Of a DNA stretch of 64,000 nucleotides, positions 37,091 to 50,938 are shown in pieces; the stretch's first letter is position 1; each line of letters begins with the position of its first letter. Position numbers and translations under genes: made by a program. Source of the stretch: Squalus acanthias (Eukaryota). Location of the stretch: assembly GCA_030390025.1 (NCBI GenBank), contig JASTWF010000180.1, forward strand, positions 62,001 through 126,000, in the 5' to 3' direction. Below the pieces are notes generated by a model. It was not told the DNA's origin, made no database searches, and was given only the letters and a program-made list of their open reading frames with translations.

Positions 37091-37129
37091 AGTTATTGTA
37101 CGAGGCTTCAACTCATTCCCATCACTGTG
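37091..37129 (-). promoter_or_regulatory. 23-RSS
   Basis: CACAGTG, 23 bp, ACAATAACT on the minus strand. Confidence 0.95.
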
Positions 37130-38180
37130 AGCCTCAGTGCACAGTAATACACCGCGGTGTCAGTCAGCCGCAGCCCCGAGATGGTCAATCGGTACAACTT
37201 CTCTGACCGCTGGACTGTATCAGAAAACTGGCCTCGAGCGAAATCCGCCTGATATTCAGAACCGCCGTCTGTGTACCTCTGGACTGCAAACTCGGGCTGT
37301 CTGCCTGGGTATTGGCGGTACCAGTATAAATAATTACCAGCGGCGGAATAGGTGCAGGTTAAAGTGGCATCTTCTCCCTCTGTCTGTGTGAGCGAGGGCT
37401 CCCGCTGAGTAACAGAATCTCCATCGCTCAAATCTAGAACACACGGTTAAAGAAAGCGGAATGAATCGGTTAAAGGGTCAAACTGAATCAAGTAACATTG
37501 AGTTTTACATAAAATTAAAAATAATTTACTGCACACAAATAGGTCATTCGGCAAACTGTTCTCTGTCCGTGTTTATACTCCCACCCACACTTCATCTAAC
37601 GCTATCAGCATATCTTTCTGCTCCTTTCTGCCTCATGTACTTATCCAGCCTCCCTTAAATGTATCTATGCTATTCGTCTCAACCACCCTCTGTGGTAACG
37701 GGTTCCACATTCTCAACACTCTCTGGGTAAAGAAGTTTCTCCAGTATTCGCTATTGGATTTTTTTGTGATTTTCTTACATTTCTGGCAGCTGGTTTTGGA
37801 GTTCCCCACAAGTGAAAACATATTCTCTACGTCTATCCTATCAATCCCTTTATAATTTTAAAGATGTCTATCAGGACACCTCTCAGCCATCTCTTTTCTA
37901 AAGAAATGAGCCCCAGCTAGCTTAGTCTTTGCTGATAGTTATAATTTCTCAGTTCTGGTGTAATCCTTGTAATTTTCTTCATCCTTCGCCAGTGCCGCTA
38001 TATATTTTTTATAAATGGAGACCAGACCTGTTCACAGTACACGTATTGTCTCACCAAAGGCTAACACAACTTCTCTGGTTTTCAATTGTATTCCTCGAGA
38101 AATGAATCCCTTTTAGAAGTTATAAACTTCTTACCGAACATGAATGTCAACCAGACCACAGCGAGAAAGGAGAGCTGCAT
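37130..38180 (-). CDS. TCR alpha/delta V family A, apparently functional (exons 38180-38135, 37433-37130)
   Basis: Leader MQLSFLAVVWLTFMF, GT-AG intron, open V exon to DTAVYYCALR. Confidence 0.95.
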
Positions 38181-39397
38181 GGCTGCTACTCCGTAATTCG
38201 AGGGAGGTTTTGTGTCTCAGAAACCTGCAGAACGTCAAATAGATAAAGCCGAGAGCGCCGGCTGGGGCTGGTCTGACCTCATTTCCTGCAGAACTTCAAT
38301 CAGAAAAACTGAGAACACAGGATGGGGCTGGTCTGACGTCACTTCCTGCAGAACTTCAATCAGAATGAGCTGAGAGCGCCGGCTCGGGCTGGTCTGACGT
38401 CATCTCCCTGAACCACAGGTATGTGTTGATTGCAGATAACTGAGTCATCCACTAACGTCACATTCTGCTGATCGGGGCGAGAAATACTAATAAAAAGAGA
38501 CAGCTTAATTTATAATTGATCTGAGAGACATCTTGATCTCTAACGGACCCGAGACAGTTTGCTCTCCAATTGACCGAAGAGACAGCTTGATCATTAATTG
38601 ACCTGAGAGAAAGCTTGACTTGAGGAAAGTAGCCTCCAAGTGATAAAAATTATTTGAGTGTAGATGAATATGTTCACTTTTTTTCACTCACTGTCATTAA
38701 TCAGACTGAGGTGTTTGACAAGAGGTCGGGTTTGATTAAACTTCTGCTGGGGACAAACAATGGGATGATTTCCTCTGGTCTCCCTGCGTCAGCGACATCC
38801 CAAACACAGCGGGAAATCTCGTCTGGTCGCTAGTTTAGTAGAATCGTCATTCATTCTTTTAGAATGCGTTCACTATGTCACTAAAAGCAGCGACCAGAAG
38901 AATTCTACCACACAGAGCGGACCCCTCGATGTAAACACGAATGTTAAGGAGAATTAAATTATTGCTCTCGGTGAGCCGTCACACATCGACAGAAATTAAA
39001 CCAGCACTCAGAAAAGGAAAGGTTTAAAGCCCTTTGAATATAATCCCAAACCGAAGCAAAGCTGCACACATCTGTGCTGGTTTAAGGGGTGTGAAAATGA
39101 AAAAAGCACAGCGGCAGTGAGATGGAAACTTGAAATTGAACACACATTACACGTTACATTGTCCGATTAAACCTGCGCGGGATTCCTCCTGTTCATCCCT
39201 CAGTATAGAGAGAATGAAATCTAAAACCATACTCCTCTATTCAGAGATTTTGTGAGCTGCCCGATGGGAATATTCTGTCCTGACAGTAACTGTCCGATTG
39301 AGACCATCACAGGCAGGTATTCCGACCACACACTGTTCAATTTATACACGGTGTGCTGCGGTATTCTACAGGACGGGCACAGAGCTGTGCAGCTATG

Positions 39398-39842
39398 GGA
39401 CTCAGAGCGCAGTAATACACGGCGCCCTCTGACAGCTCCGCCCCAGAAACTCTCAGCCGAACCGCGCCCTCTTCTGCGCTGAGCTCTGCTGCAAAACGGT
39501 CCTTGGCGAAGTCGCCTGGCAACGTGCTGTATTTGTTGATAAACAACACGTTTACCTGGGGCTCGACCGGGAATCTGCCGGTACCAGAAAAGCTCAGGGT
39601 TTGTATCTGTTGTTGTAAAACTGCAATTCATCGTCACCGTTTCTCCTTCCCGCACAGTCCTGGTCGAATAGTCTTGATGCACGGATTCGCCGCCAACGCT
39701 GTTGGCTGGAAGAAAAATTGAACATTTACAAATGCCCGCCCCTCTAACCGGACCTATTGGTGTGTTTTCTACTCAGATTCACAATGTAATTGCACAGCAC
39801 AGAGAGCGCCAACACTACACTGAAATAAACAGGGAAACACAT
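39398..39842 (-). pseudogene. TCR V family B pseudogene
   Basis: 1-nt insertion at ~39555; GC leader donor; heptamer CATAGCT. Confidence 0.92.
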
Positions 39843-40727
39843 CGCTGTCCGGGGGTCACAATATGAGCATCGACCCCTTCACTACTGTCGCAAAAAACTG
39901 CCACCAGTGCCGGATCAGGCTGAACTATTTAACCCTGTGGTAAGCTTAGAAAGGGTAGTGACTCTGCAACCATATCACATCCGTTTGTGATAATTTCACA
40001 ATATCAGGGAGTGGGGAGAATTGCTGTGGTCACTGATGTGTGTGCAGCAACATCCGAAATGTTTCAATGGACATTCCTCTGATCGGCAGTTCTAGGGAAA
40101 TCAGATACTCTATATTATTGAAAAACTTAATTTCTTTAAGGTTCATTTAGACAGAGCGACCAGAGGAAATCTTCGTGGAAGGATTTACCATTTGCTGCAC
40201 TCAGTGAACGGGGAAATTGTCCCCCTTGCTTAGTTTTTTAGTTCATTGCATGTAGCAGTGGCATTTTGCGTAGACAGTACTGAGCTGCTCTTAGTTTTAT
40301 CGGGGAGAGTAAATGTAATTTTAATATAGCAAATAGCGAAACAGAGACTGCAGAAATTCGCTCCACGGAGCCACCAAGTGGTCAGAGCCTGTAACTACAC
40401 GATGACTGTTCTCCTGGGTCAAAGTCACCCCCGAGTGCCTCTTTAACTTGCCTTCTCTGCTCATTCCAAAAATCATACACAGCAAGGAAAGAGGCCATTC
40501 GGCCCATCGTGCCAGTGTCGGCTTTTTAATTTGTGCCACATAACTGCTGTTCTCCTATAGCCCTCTAAATTTCTCCTTTTAGCTAAATATCGATTATTTT
40601 TAGTGAATCGCTGTTTAGACAGGAAGGCTGTGTCCTACGGAACGTTTGCAGTCATATACAGAGAGATAAAACAGCAGTTTGATCCGCAGAAATTGCTGAG
40701 AGCGTTCTGTGTGTGCACACCTCTGTG

Positions 40728-40857
40728 NNNNNNNNNNNNNNNNNNNNNNNNNNNNNNNNNNNNNNNNNNNNNNNNNNNNNNNNNNNNNNNNNNNNNNNNN
40801 NNNNNNNNNNNNNNNNNNNNNNNNNNNNNNNNNNNNNNNNNNNNNNNNNNNNNNNNN
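40728..40857. other. assembly gap (130 N)
   Basis: N run where paralogs carry a (CA)n/(TA)n microsatellite. Confidence 0.99.
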
Positions 40858-41164
40858 TGAATAACAGAAAGAAAGAAGGAGGATGTAAAGTTACGCTTGT
40901 AATATTGTAAAATAGTTGTAAACAATGGCCGGTTGAAAGTGTTCCGTGTAACCTCGTCTCACGCTTCTGTTTGAATTTGATTCAATATTCCCGTTTGAGA
41001 TACAGACCATCAGTAGATTATTGGTAAACAGACTGTGACTGGTGCCACGCTAACCCGATGACAGCTCACCAAAGGCCGTTTAAATGTTACCATCCAGACC
41101 CAATGGAGCTGTAAATATTCGCTGAGGTTTTTGTACGGAGCCTTTGTTTTTATCTGACGCTGTA

Positions 41165-41690
41165 TCACTCTGCACAGTATTAGACCGCACCGTAACCGAC
41201 ATTCAGGGCGCTAATATTGAGGTAACCATAATTTCTAGATTGATCAACAGCCGCCAGATATTGTCGCGAGATTTCGACGCCGTTCAGTGCTGTTACTCTG
41301 CTAATTATCCGGCTTGGATGCTGTGCCAGTCTCTGCCGATATCATTGGATGTAGTCAATATCCAGGGTTGTATATTCGCAGTCTAACTGCACCGAACACC
41401 GTGCTGAGACGGCAATTGTCAACGGAAACTGAGTTGCTGGATCTACACATAATCGGCCTGAGAAGAAAGGGGAACAGAAGAACATGAGTTTGAGCAGTAT
41501 CGTTTTAAATTTGCGTCTATCTGTGTGAGTGTGTGTAACCGCACATGTTCCAAACTGTGCATCATATGGATATTTCTGATGCCCTGCACAAACTCTTTGC
41601 TTCATTGTGCTGACCTGTGTTTTTAAATATAATCCGGTACTTACTGTGCATCACAGCCGCCAGTATTATGAAAACATGTCTGATTAAATC
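41165..41690 (-). pseudogene. TCR V family C pseudogene
   Basis: TGA at conserved Trp, TAA in YYC; heptamer TACAGCG, nonamer ACAAAAACC. Confidence 0.9.
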
Positions 41691-42599
41691 TCTCACAGTT
41701 ATTTGAAATGGAATAATGCAGAGATTGAGAAGGAGAGCGGTAACCCGGGGCCTGTTCAGCTCATTGTTCCACCCACACACTGCAGGGGGTAGGCCCAATT
41801 ATGACCTCATTCAGGCTTCTATCATTATTGGCTTTGCTGTTTGCATCACGTGGCTTTCCAATTACCATGCTTGAGTTTGGCTTTGTTCACTTTGTTTCAC
41901 TAACTGTCAGTAATCAGACTGAGGTGGTTGACAAGAGTTCGGGTTTGATTAAACTTCTGCTGGGGACAAACAATGGGATGATTTCCTCTGGTCTCCATGC
42001 GTAAGCGACATCCCAAACACTGCGGGAAATCTCGTCTGACCAGCAGTTTTGCAGAATCGTCATTCATTCTTTTAGAATGCGTTCACTATGTCACTAGAAG
42101 CAGCGACTAGAAGAATTCTACTGCGCAGAGCGGACACCTCGGTGTAAACACGAATGTTAAAGGAGAATGAAATTATTGCTCTCGGTGAGCCGTCACACAT
42201 CGACAGAAATTAAACCAACACTCAGAAAAGGCAAGGTTTAAAGCCCTTTGAATATAATCTCAAACCGAAGCAAAGCTGCACACATCTGTGCTAGTTTAAG
42301 GTGTGTGAACATGAAAAAAACACAGCGGCATTGAGAGGGAAACTTGAAATTGAACACAAATTACACGGTACATTGGTCGATTAAACCTGCGCGGGTTTCC
42401 TCCTTTTCATCCCTCATTATAGAGAGAATGAAATCGAAAACCATACTCCTCTATTCAGAGCTATTGGGAGCTGCCCGATGGGAATAACTGTCCTGACAGT
42501 AACTGTCCTAATCAGACCATCACAGGCGGGTATTCCGGCCACACACTCTTCTCGTTACACGCGGTGTGCCGCAGTTTTTGGACAGGACGGGCAGTTGTG

Positions 42600-43034
42600 C
42601 GTCTCAGCGCGCAGTAATACACGGCGCCGTCTGACAGCTCCGCCCTAGAACTCTCAGCCGAACCGCGCCCTCTTCTGCGCTCAGCTCTGCTGTGAAACGG
42701 TCCTTCGTGAAGTCGCCTGGCAACGTGTTGTATTTGCTGATAAACAACAGGTTTACTGGGGCTCCACCGGGAATCTGCCGGTACCAGAAAAGACCAGGGT
42801 TTGTATATGTTGTTGTAAAACTGCAATTCAGCGTCACCGATTCTCCTTCCCGCACAGTCCTGTTCGAATACTGTTGATTCGGCGCCAAAGTTGTTGGCTG
42901 GAAGAAAAATTGAACATTGACAAATGCCCGCCCCTCTAACCGGAGCTATTGGTGTGTTTTCTTCTCGGATTCACAATGTAATTGCACAGCACAGAGAGCG
43001 CCAACACTACACTGAAATAAACAGGGAAACACAT
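42600..43034 (-). pseudogene. TCR V family B pseudogene with two frameshifts and shortened RSS spacer
   Basis: 8-nt and 1-nt deletions; RSS CACAACT-11-CCAAAAACT (42573-42599). Confidence 0.9.
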
Positions 43035-44310
43035 CGCTGACCGGGGGTCACAATATGAGCATCGACCCCTTCACTACTGTGGCAAAAACTGCCACCAGTA
43101 CCGGATCAGGCTGAACTATTTAACCCTGTGGTAAGCTTAGAAAGGGTAGTGACTCTGCAACCATATCACATCCGTTTGTGATAATTTCACAATATCAGGG
43201 AGTGGGGAGAATTGCTGTGGTCACTGATGTGTGTGCAGCAACATCCGAAATGTTTCAATGGACATTCCTCTGATCGTCAGTTCTAGGGAAATCAGACACT
43301 CTATATTATTGAACATCTTAATTTCTTTCAGGTTCATTTAAACAGAGCGACCAGAGGAAATCTTCGTGGAAGGATTTTCCATTGGCTGCACTCAGTGAAC
43401 AGGGAAATTTTCCCCCTTGCTTAGTTTTTTAATTCATTGCATGTAGCAGTGGCATTTTGCATAGACAGTACTGAGCTGCTCTTAGCTTTATCGGGGAGAG
43501 TAAATGTAATTTTAATATAGCAAATTGCTACCAGAGACTGCAGAAATTCGCTCCACGGAGCCACCAAGTGGTGAGAGCCTGAAACTACACGATGACAGTT
43601 CTCCTGTGTCAAAGTCGCCCCCGAGTGCCTCTTTAACTTGCCTTCTCTGCTCATTCCAAAAATCATACAGCAAAGAAGGAGACCATTCGGCCCATCGTGC
43701 CAGTGTCGGCATTTTGATTTGTGCCACATAACTGCTGTTTTCCTATAGCCCGCTAAATTTCACCTTTTAGCTACATATAGATTATTTGTAGTGAATCCCT
43801 GTTTAGACAGGAAGGCTGTGTCCTACAGAACGTTTGCAGTCATGTACAGAGAGATAATGTAGCAGTTTGATCCTCAGAAATTGCTGAGAGCGTTCTGTGT
43901 GGGCTCACCTCTGTGTGGTTGTCGCTATTTCTCTCTCAATCACACACACACACGCAGATATATGTATATATATATATATATGAGAGAGAATTAGATGGAA
44001 AAATGAATAACATAAAGAAAGAAGGAGGATGTAAAGTTACGCTTGTAATATTGGAAAATAGTTGTAAACAATGGCCGGTTGAAGGCGTTCCCTGTAACCT
44101 CGCCTCGCGCATCTGTTTGAATTAGAATCAATATTCCCGTTTGAGATACAGACCATCAGCAGGTTATTGGTAAACAGACTGTGACTGCTGCCTCGCCAAC
44201 CCGATGGCAGCTCACCAAAGGCCGGTTAAATGTTACCATCCAGCCCCAATTGAGCTGTAAATACTCGCTTAGGTTTTTGTACGGGGCCTTTGTTTTTATC
44301 TGACGCTGCA

Positions 44311-44830
44311 TCTCACTGCACAGTAATAGAGCGCACCGTAACCGACATTCAGGGCGCTTATATTGAGGTAACCACACTTTCCAGACTGATCAACAGCCGT
44401 CAGATATTGTCGCGAGATTTAGACGCCGTTCAGTGCTGCTACTTTGCTAATTATCCGGCTGGGAGGCTGTGCCGGTCTCTGCCGATATCATTGGATGTAG
44501 TCAATATTCAGGGTTGTATATTCGCAGTCTAACTGCACCGAACACCGTGCTGACACGGCAATTGTCAGCGGAGACTGAGTTACTGGATCTGCACACAGTC
44601 CACCTGAGAAGAAAGGGGAACAGAAGAACATGAGTTTGAACAGTATCGTTTTAAATTTGCGTCTTTCTGTGTGTGTGTGTAACCGCCCATGTTCCAAACT
44701 GTCCATCATATGGATATTTCTGATTCCCTGCACAAACTCTTTGCATCAATCTCCTGACCTGTTTTTTTTAAATATAGTCCAGTACTTACTGTCCATCACA
44801 GCCGCCAGTATTACGAATACATGGCTGATT
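44311..44830 (-). pseudogene. TCR V family C pseudogene
   Basis: V exon 44603-44311; TGA at conserved Trp; heptamer TGCAGCG. Confidence 0.9.
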
Positions 44831-45552
44831 AAATCTTTCACAGTGACTTGCAATGGAATAAGGCGGAGATTAAGGAGAGCGGTAACCCGGGGCCTGTTCA
44901 GCTCATTGTTCCACCCGCACACTGCAGGGGGTAGGCCCAATTATGACCTCACTCAGGCTTCGATCATTATTGGCGTTGCTGTTTGCATCACGTGGCTTTC
45001 AAATTCCCATGCTTGAGTTTGGCGCTCTCTGCTGGCGGATTTTGTTCAATCCGATTTAGAATAAGGTCATTGAGGGTATTTTGTGTTTATTGATTATATA
45101 TAAAAACAACGTGTGCCAGATACTGTGTCTCAAAACTCTAGATTGGAGCGGATTAACCCGGTCATTATTTCTGAAGCGCTGCCATCCCTTCATTTCCCTC
45201 CACCTCTATTTATTCCCAGTCACTTGCTCAGTGAGCAGGAGCAGGTTGACCACAGAATTGTCGAGACCCAGCCACCGCCCTTTCTGCTCCAATAGCTCCG
45301 TGTACAGCTGAGCAGCATAGCGCACTTTCTGTCGTGGTTTCGCTCAATTTTCAGTCTCCTGCAGCCCCGCCCACAGCTTCCGTCTCCTACTCTAGCTCTG
45401 ACCCGCCTTGCCTGCACTGTCCTATTGGAGAGTTGTTGCCGCTGTTCCCTGTTTGGCATTGGTGTGATCACCAGTGCAGTGCGGCAGGGATCTGTATTTC
45501 TGCTCCGACAGAGGATTCCCCGGACTGCAGAGTTACAGACTCAGGGACCATC

Positions 45553-45925
45553 ATGCGGAACCGTCTCGCACCGCTCCTCATCGTTATATCACTTCCCTGT
45601 ATTTCTTCCCCACTAAAAATCCATTCTCCCCCTCACTGCTACAACCCAGATGTTATTATTAGCCCAGTGATGTTGGTGATGATCATCACTATCACTAATA
45701 TTTTATGTCAGAATGGAGCCACCAAGACACAGTGGAATAGCCGGATCATGAAATGACGGTTGAGGAGGGAAGTAATGTCGCACTAACCCACACCTTGAAA
45801 ACAAGCGGTGCTGCACATTATGTGTATTGGCACAGTCAGAAGTCACAGTCACAGTATTCTGACTATCTGGTCTGGTGGATAGAACACACCACGTCTGTCC
45901 TACAGGTTATTAGTCGATTAATGTA
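45553..45925 (+). pseudogene. TCR V family D relic
   Basis: Leader MRNRLAPLLIVISL; MTVEEGSNVAL..YVYWH; cut by LINE. Confidence 0.7.
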
Positions 45926-45944
45926 TGTTCATCGGCTATTTGAG

Positions 45945-47165
45945 AGAGGAGAAAGAGAAAACATGGTGAAATGTAGGGCAGTTAGACTCACATCAGCAGT
46001 AGGCAAAATGCTAGAATCTATTATTAGGGCACTTAAAAAAATCATAATATGATTAGGTAAAGTCAAGGTGGTTTTTTGAAAGGGAAATCGTGTTTGACAA
46101 ATCTGTCACAGTTTTTTGAAGATGTAACAAGTAGATGGATAAGGGGGTACCAGTGGATGTAGTGCATTTGGATTTTGAAAAGGCTTTCGATGAGGTGTCA
46201 AACAAGAGGGTATTACACAAAATTAGGACTCAGGGTATTGTTGGTAATAAATTAGCATGGATTGAGGATTGGTCAATGGACAGAAAACAGAGAGTAGGAA
46301 TAAAAGGATCATTTTCGGGATAGAGACCGGTTGACTGAGTGAGCAAGAACATGGCAAATGGAATACAATGTGGGGAATGTGAAGTTATCCACTTTGGTAG
46401 GTAAAACAAAAAAGCGTAATATTTTTTGAATGTTGAGAGGCTGGGAAATGTTTGCAGTCAGCGGGACCTCGGTGTCCTTGTACATGAATCACAGAAATTT
46501 TACACACAGGTACAGCAGGCATTTAGGAAAGCAAATGGTATGTTAGCTTTTGTTACAAAGAGATTAGAGTATAAGTGTAAAGAAGTCTTCGTACAATTAA
46601 ACAGGGCATTCGTGAGGCCACACCTGGTGTACTGTGTACAGTTTTGGTCTCCTTACCTAAGGAAAGACATACTTGCCTTAGAGGGAGTGCAGCGAAGGTT
46701 CACTAGACTGGTTCGTGGGATGCGGGGATTGCCCTATGAGGAGGGATTGAGTAGACTGGCCTATATTCCTTAGAAGTGTGAGAGGTGATCTAATTTAAAA
46801 GTATAAAATTCTTAAACGGCTTGACGGGTTTAATGCGGGGTAAATGTTTCCCCTGGCTGGGGAATCTAGAACACGGGCTCACAGTCACAGAATAAACGAT
46901 AGGACATTTAGGACTGAGATGAGGAGAAATTTCTTCACTCAAAGGGTTGTGAATCTTTGGCATTCTCTACCCCAGAGAGTCGCGGTTGCTCGTTCGTTGA
47001 GTATACTCAAGACAGTGGTCGATAATATTTGGGGAACGAAGGTAATTAAGGGATATGGGGATAGTGCGGGAAGATGGAGTTGAGCTGGAAGATTAGCCAT
47101 GATCTTGTTGAATGGCGGAGCAAGTTCGAAGAGCCAAATGACAGATTCCTGCTCCTATTTCATAG
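45945..47165 (+). mobile_element. CR1/HER1-type LINE fragment
   Basis: RPHLVYCVQFWSP, FRTEMRRNFFTQ motifs. Confidence 0.9.
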
Positions 47166-47348
47166 GTTCTAATTTTCTCCTGAATGTGATCTCCTGGAAC
47201 CTGCGAATATAGAAGATCATTTACGTTAATATGTGTTAAGTGTCTTTAATATTGAGAATTGCTTATTATCGTTATTAGAATTATTGGGAACTTACGCACA
47301 CCACCTATCTCTGTCTGCAATGTAGACTGATATTTTAAACCAATCATT

Positions 47349-48112
47349 GGCCCAGAAATTTGACTCGGAGGCTTGCCGCGGGGGTAAGGATCCCCCGCGA
47401 TATCACACACCGCGCCGGCCGTTGTGATTCGGGCCCACACGAACTTCAGCTCCCGGGCCTCTCCCTGCTGCCGGCGCGCAGTGTGTGCGTGTCCCAGAGG
47501 CGCAGTTAGTTCGATGCGACCTCTGGGATCACGTGGGACATGGAGAGCCAATGGCAGCACACCATCTTTCATTCATAGATTTGACATGAGAACTGTCAAA
47601 CCTATGAATACAAATTTCCCCCAAAGGAACAGCTAAGCCTCAAATAAATTTAAAAAAAACCATCACATTAATAAAATAACTATAGTTAAATAAATTAATC
47701 ACTTTAAACAAAAATTTAAATTTTTGCAATAATTTAAATTCTTTTTAAAAGTTATAAAAATAAACTTGCCTTTCTTTAACGTCTCTAAAAATGATAAACC
47801 TGTTGAAATTTTTTTTAAATAATGCTTAATTAACTACTTACCTTGTTAAAAGGGGGTCTTACGCCTCCTTTTGTTCATGGGTAAAATCTTCCATACTTCC
47901 CTTCGGGTTGAAACCAGAAAAAAAACCTAAGTGTGCTGCGTGCGCACAGCTTGTAGTGCGCACGCGGTTCACTTCGGAACCGCCCCCTTCCCCATGCCGG
48001 AAGTGCCGGTTTCCCGCGCATGCGCAGTGCATGCAGGCAATCGGCTCTTCGGGACTGAATACGCGAGAGTCCACAGTGCGTGCTCTCCCGTACTCAGCCG
48101 AATTTTTGGGCC
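47349..48112 (+). mobile_element. MITE-like element, right inversion boundary
   Basis: GGCCCAGAAATT..AATTTTTGGGCC; flanks ATT/AAT. Confidence 0.82.
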
Positions 48113-48717
48113 AATGTCTCTTAATCTCTCCTGCCTTCCATCTTATCACAGACTTTTCCTTTTGTTGTTTCCTCCCCTCTCCGCTTTCCCGGCCCCTACA
48201 CTTGCTTAACAGCTGTTACATCTCCAGCTTTTTCCATTTCTTACGAAGGGTCATCCACCTAAAACGTTAAATCTGTTTCTCTCTCTACAGAGGCTGCCTG
48301 ACCTGCTGAGTATTTCCAGCATTTTCTGTTTTTATTTCAGATTTCCAGCATCCGCAGTATTTTGCTTTTGTATTAAATAATGACCGGGTTTATTCAGCTC
48401 CAATCTAGAGTATTAAGACACAATATCCGGCACACGGTTTATTTCTTAAATGATCAATAAACCCCAAATCCGCTCAATGACCTTATTCTAAACCGGATTG
48501 AACAAAATCCGCCATCAGAGGGCGCCAAACTAAAGCATGGTAATTAGAAAGCCAGGTGATGTTAACACGAAAGCCAATCACGATGGAAGCCTGAGTGAGG
48601 TCACAATGGGGCCGCCCCCTGCAGTGTGCGGGTGGAACAATGAGCTGAACAGGCCCCGGGTTACCGCTCTCCTTCTCAATCTCTGCTTTCATTTCATTCC
48701 AAGAGATATAATCAGAC

Positions 48718-49218
48718 ATGTTTCTCATAATACTGGCGGCTGTGATGGACACCGAGTGCTAGATTATATTTAAAAAACACAGGTCAGCAGATTGATGAAA
48801 AGAGTTTGTTCAGGGAATCAGAAATATCCATATAAAGGACAGTTGGATACATGGGAAGTTACTCTCAGACAGATAGACGCAAGTTTAACTCAATTCTGTA
48901 TAACCTCCTGTTCTCCTGTTCCCCTATCCGAGGCGAACTGTATGCAGATCCACTCACCCAGTCTCCGGTGGCAATTGCCGTGTCAGCAGGGTATTCGGTT
49001 CAGTTAGATTGCGAATATAGAACCCTGGATATTGAGGACAGGCAATGGTACCGACAGAACCCGGCACAGACTCCAACCTGGATAATTCGCAAAGTAGCAG
49101 CACTAAAGGGAATCGAAATCACAGGAGAATATCTGAAGGCTGTTGACAAGTCTAGAAAGCATGGTCACCTCAAAAAAAGCGGCCTGAGTTTGGGGCGGTC
49201 CCTTACTGTGCAGTGAGG
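48718..49218 (+). pseudogene. TCR V family C pseudogene (paralog of 9043-9543)
   Basis: Same 7-nt deletion; heptamer TACAACG. Confidence 0.9.
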
Positions 49219-50495
49219 TACAACGTTAAATAAAAGCAAATGCCCTGTAAAAAAACTGAGCGAGTATTTATAGCTCCATTGGGTCTGGATAGTAACAGTT
49301 AGCCGGCCTTTGGTGAGCTGCTATCGGGTTAGCGAGGCACCAGTTTCAGTCTTTTTACCAATAACCTGCTGATGGGCTTTATCTCAAACGGGAATATTGA
49401 CACAAATTCAAACAAATGCGTGAGGCGAGGTTTCAGTGAACACCTTCAACCAGCCATTGTTGACAACTATTTTCCAATATTTCAAGCGTAACTTTACATC
49501 ATCCTTCTTTCTTTCTGCTATACATTTTTCCCATCTAATCATCTCTCATATATATATATATATATATCTATATATATGTGTGTGTGTGTGTGATTGAGAG
49601 AGATAGAGACAACCACACAGAGGCACGAAGACACACATCACCCTCTGAAAAATTTCCGAGGACCAAACTGCTGCATTACCTCTTCGTACATGATTGCATA
49701 CATTCTGTAGGACACAGCATTCCTGTCTAAATAGGGATTCACAAAAAAGAATGAATATTCAGCTGAAAATAAGAAATTTAGTGGGCAATAGGGAAACAGC
49801 AGTAGAGTGGCACAAATGAAAAAGCCGACACAGGCACGATGGGCCGAATGGCCTCCTGCTTTGCTGCATGATTTATGGAATGAGCAGAGAGTGAAATTGA
49901 AAGAGACACTCGGAGGCGACTGTGAACCAGGAGGACAGGCATCGTGTAGTTTCAGGCTCTGACCACTTGGTGGCTCCGTGGAGCGAAGTTCTGCAGTCTC
50001 TCGGTCGCTATTTCCTACTTTAAAATCATATTTACTCTCCCCGATAATGCTAAGGGCAGCTCAGTATTGTTTAAATAAAATGCCACAGCTACATTCAATG
50101 AACTAGATTACTTAGGAAGGGGACAATTTCCCTGTTCACTGAGTGTAGCGAATCGTAAATCCTGCCACGAAGATTTCCTCTGGTCACTCTCGCTAAATGA
50201 ACCTTTAACAAATTAAGTTGTTCAAAAAGAAACAGTTGCTGATTTGCCAAGAAATGACGACCAGAGGAATCTCCATTGAAAATTTCGAATGTTGCTGCAG
50301 ACACAGTGACCAGAGCAGTTCTCCCCGCTCCCTGATGGTGTGAAATTATCACAAACTGATGTGACATGGTTGCAGAGTCACTTCCCTTTCTATGCTTCTA
50401 ACAGGGTTAAATAGTTCAGCCTGGTCCGGTACTGGTGGCAGTTTTTGCTACAGTAGTGAAGTGGTCGATGCTCATATTGTGACCCCCGGACAGCG

Positions 50496-50938
50496 ATGTG
50501 TTTCCCTATCTATTTCAGTGTGATGTTGGCGCTCTCTGTGCTGTGCAATTACATTGTAAATCCGAGTACAAAAGGCACCAATAGGTACGGTTAGAGGGAC
50601 GGATATTTGGAAATGTTCAATTTCTCTTCCAGCCAATAGCTTTGGCGGCGTGATCGTGCATCAAGACTATTCGACCAGGACTATGGGGGAAGGAGAAGCG
50701 GTGACGCTGAATTGTAGCTTCAAACAACATATTCAAACCCTGAGCTTTTCTAGTACCGGCAGCTTCCCGGTCGCGCCCCAGTAAACGTGTTGCTTATCAC
50801 CAATAACAACACGTTGCCAGGCGACTTCGCCAAGGACCGTTTTACAGCAGAGCTGAGCGCAGAAGGGAGCGCGGTTCGGTTGAGAGTTTCTGGGGCGGAG
50901 CTGTCAGGCGGCGCCGTGTATTACTGCGCGCTGAGACC
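50496..50938 (+). pseudogene. TCR V family B pseudogene (paralog of 10762-11204)
   Basis: Same frameshift; TAG at Trp; heptamer AACAGCT. Confidence 0.92.
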
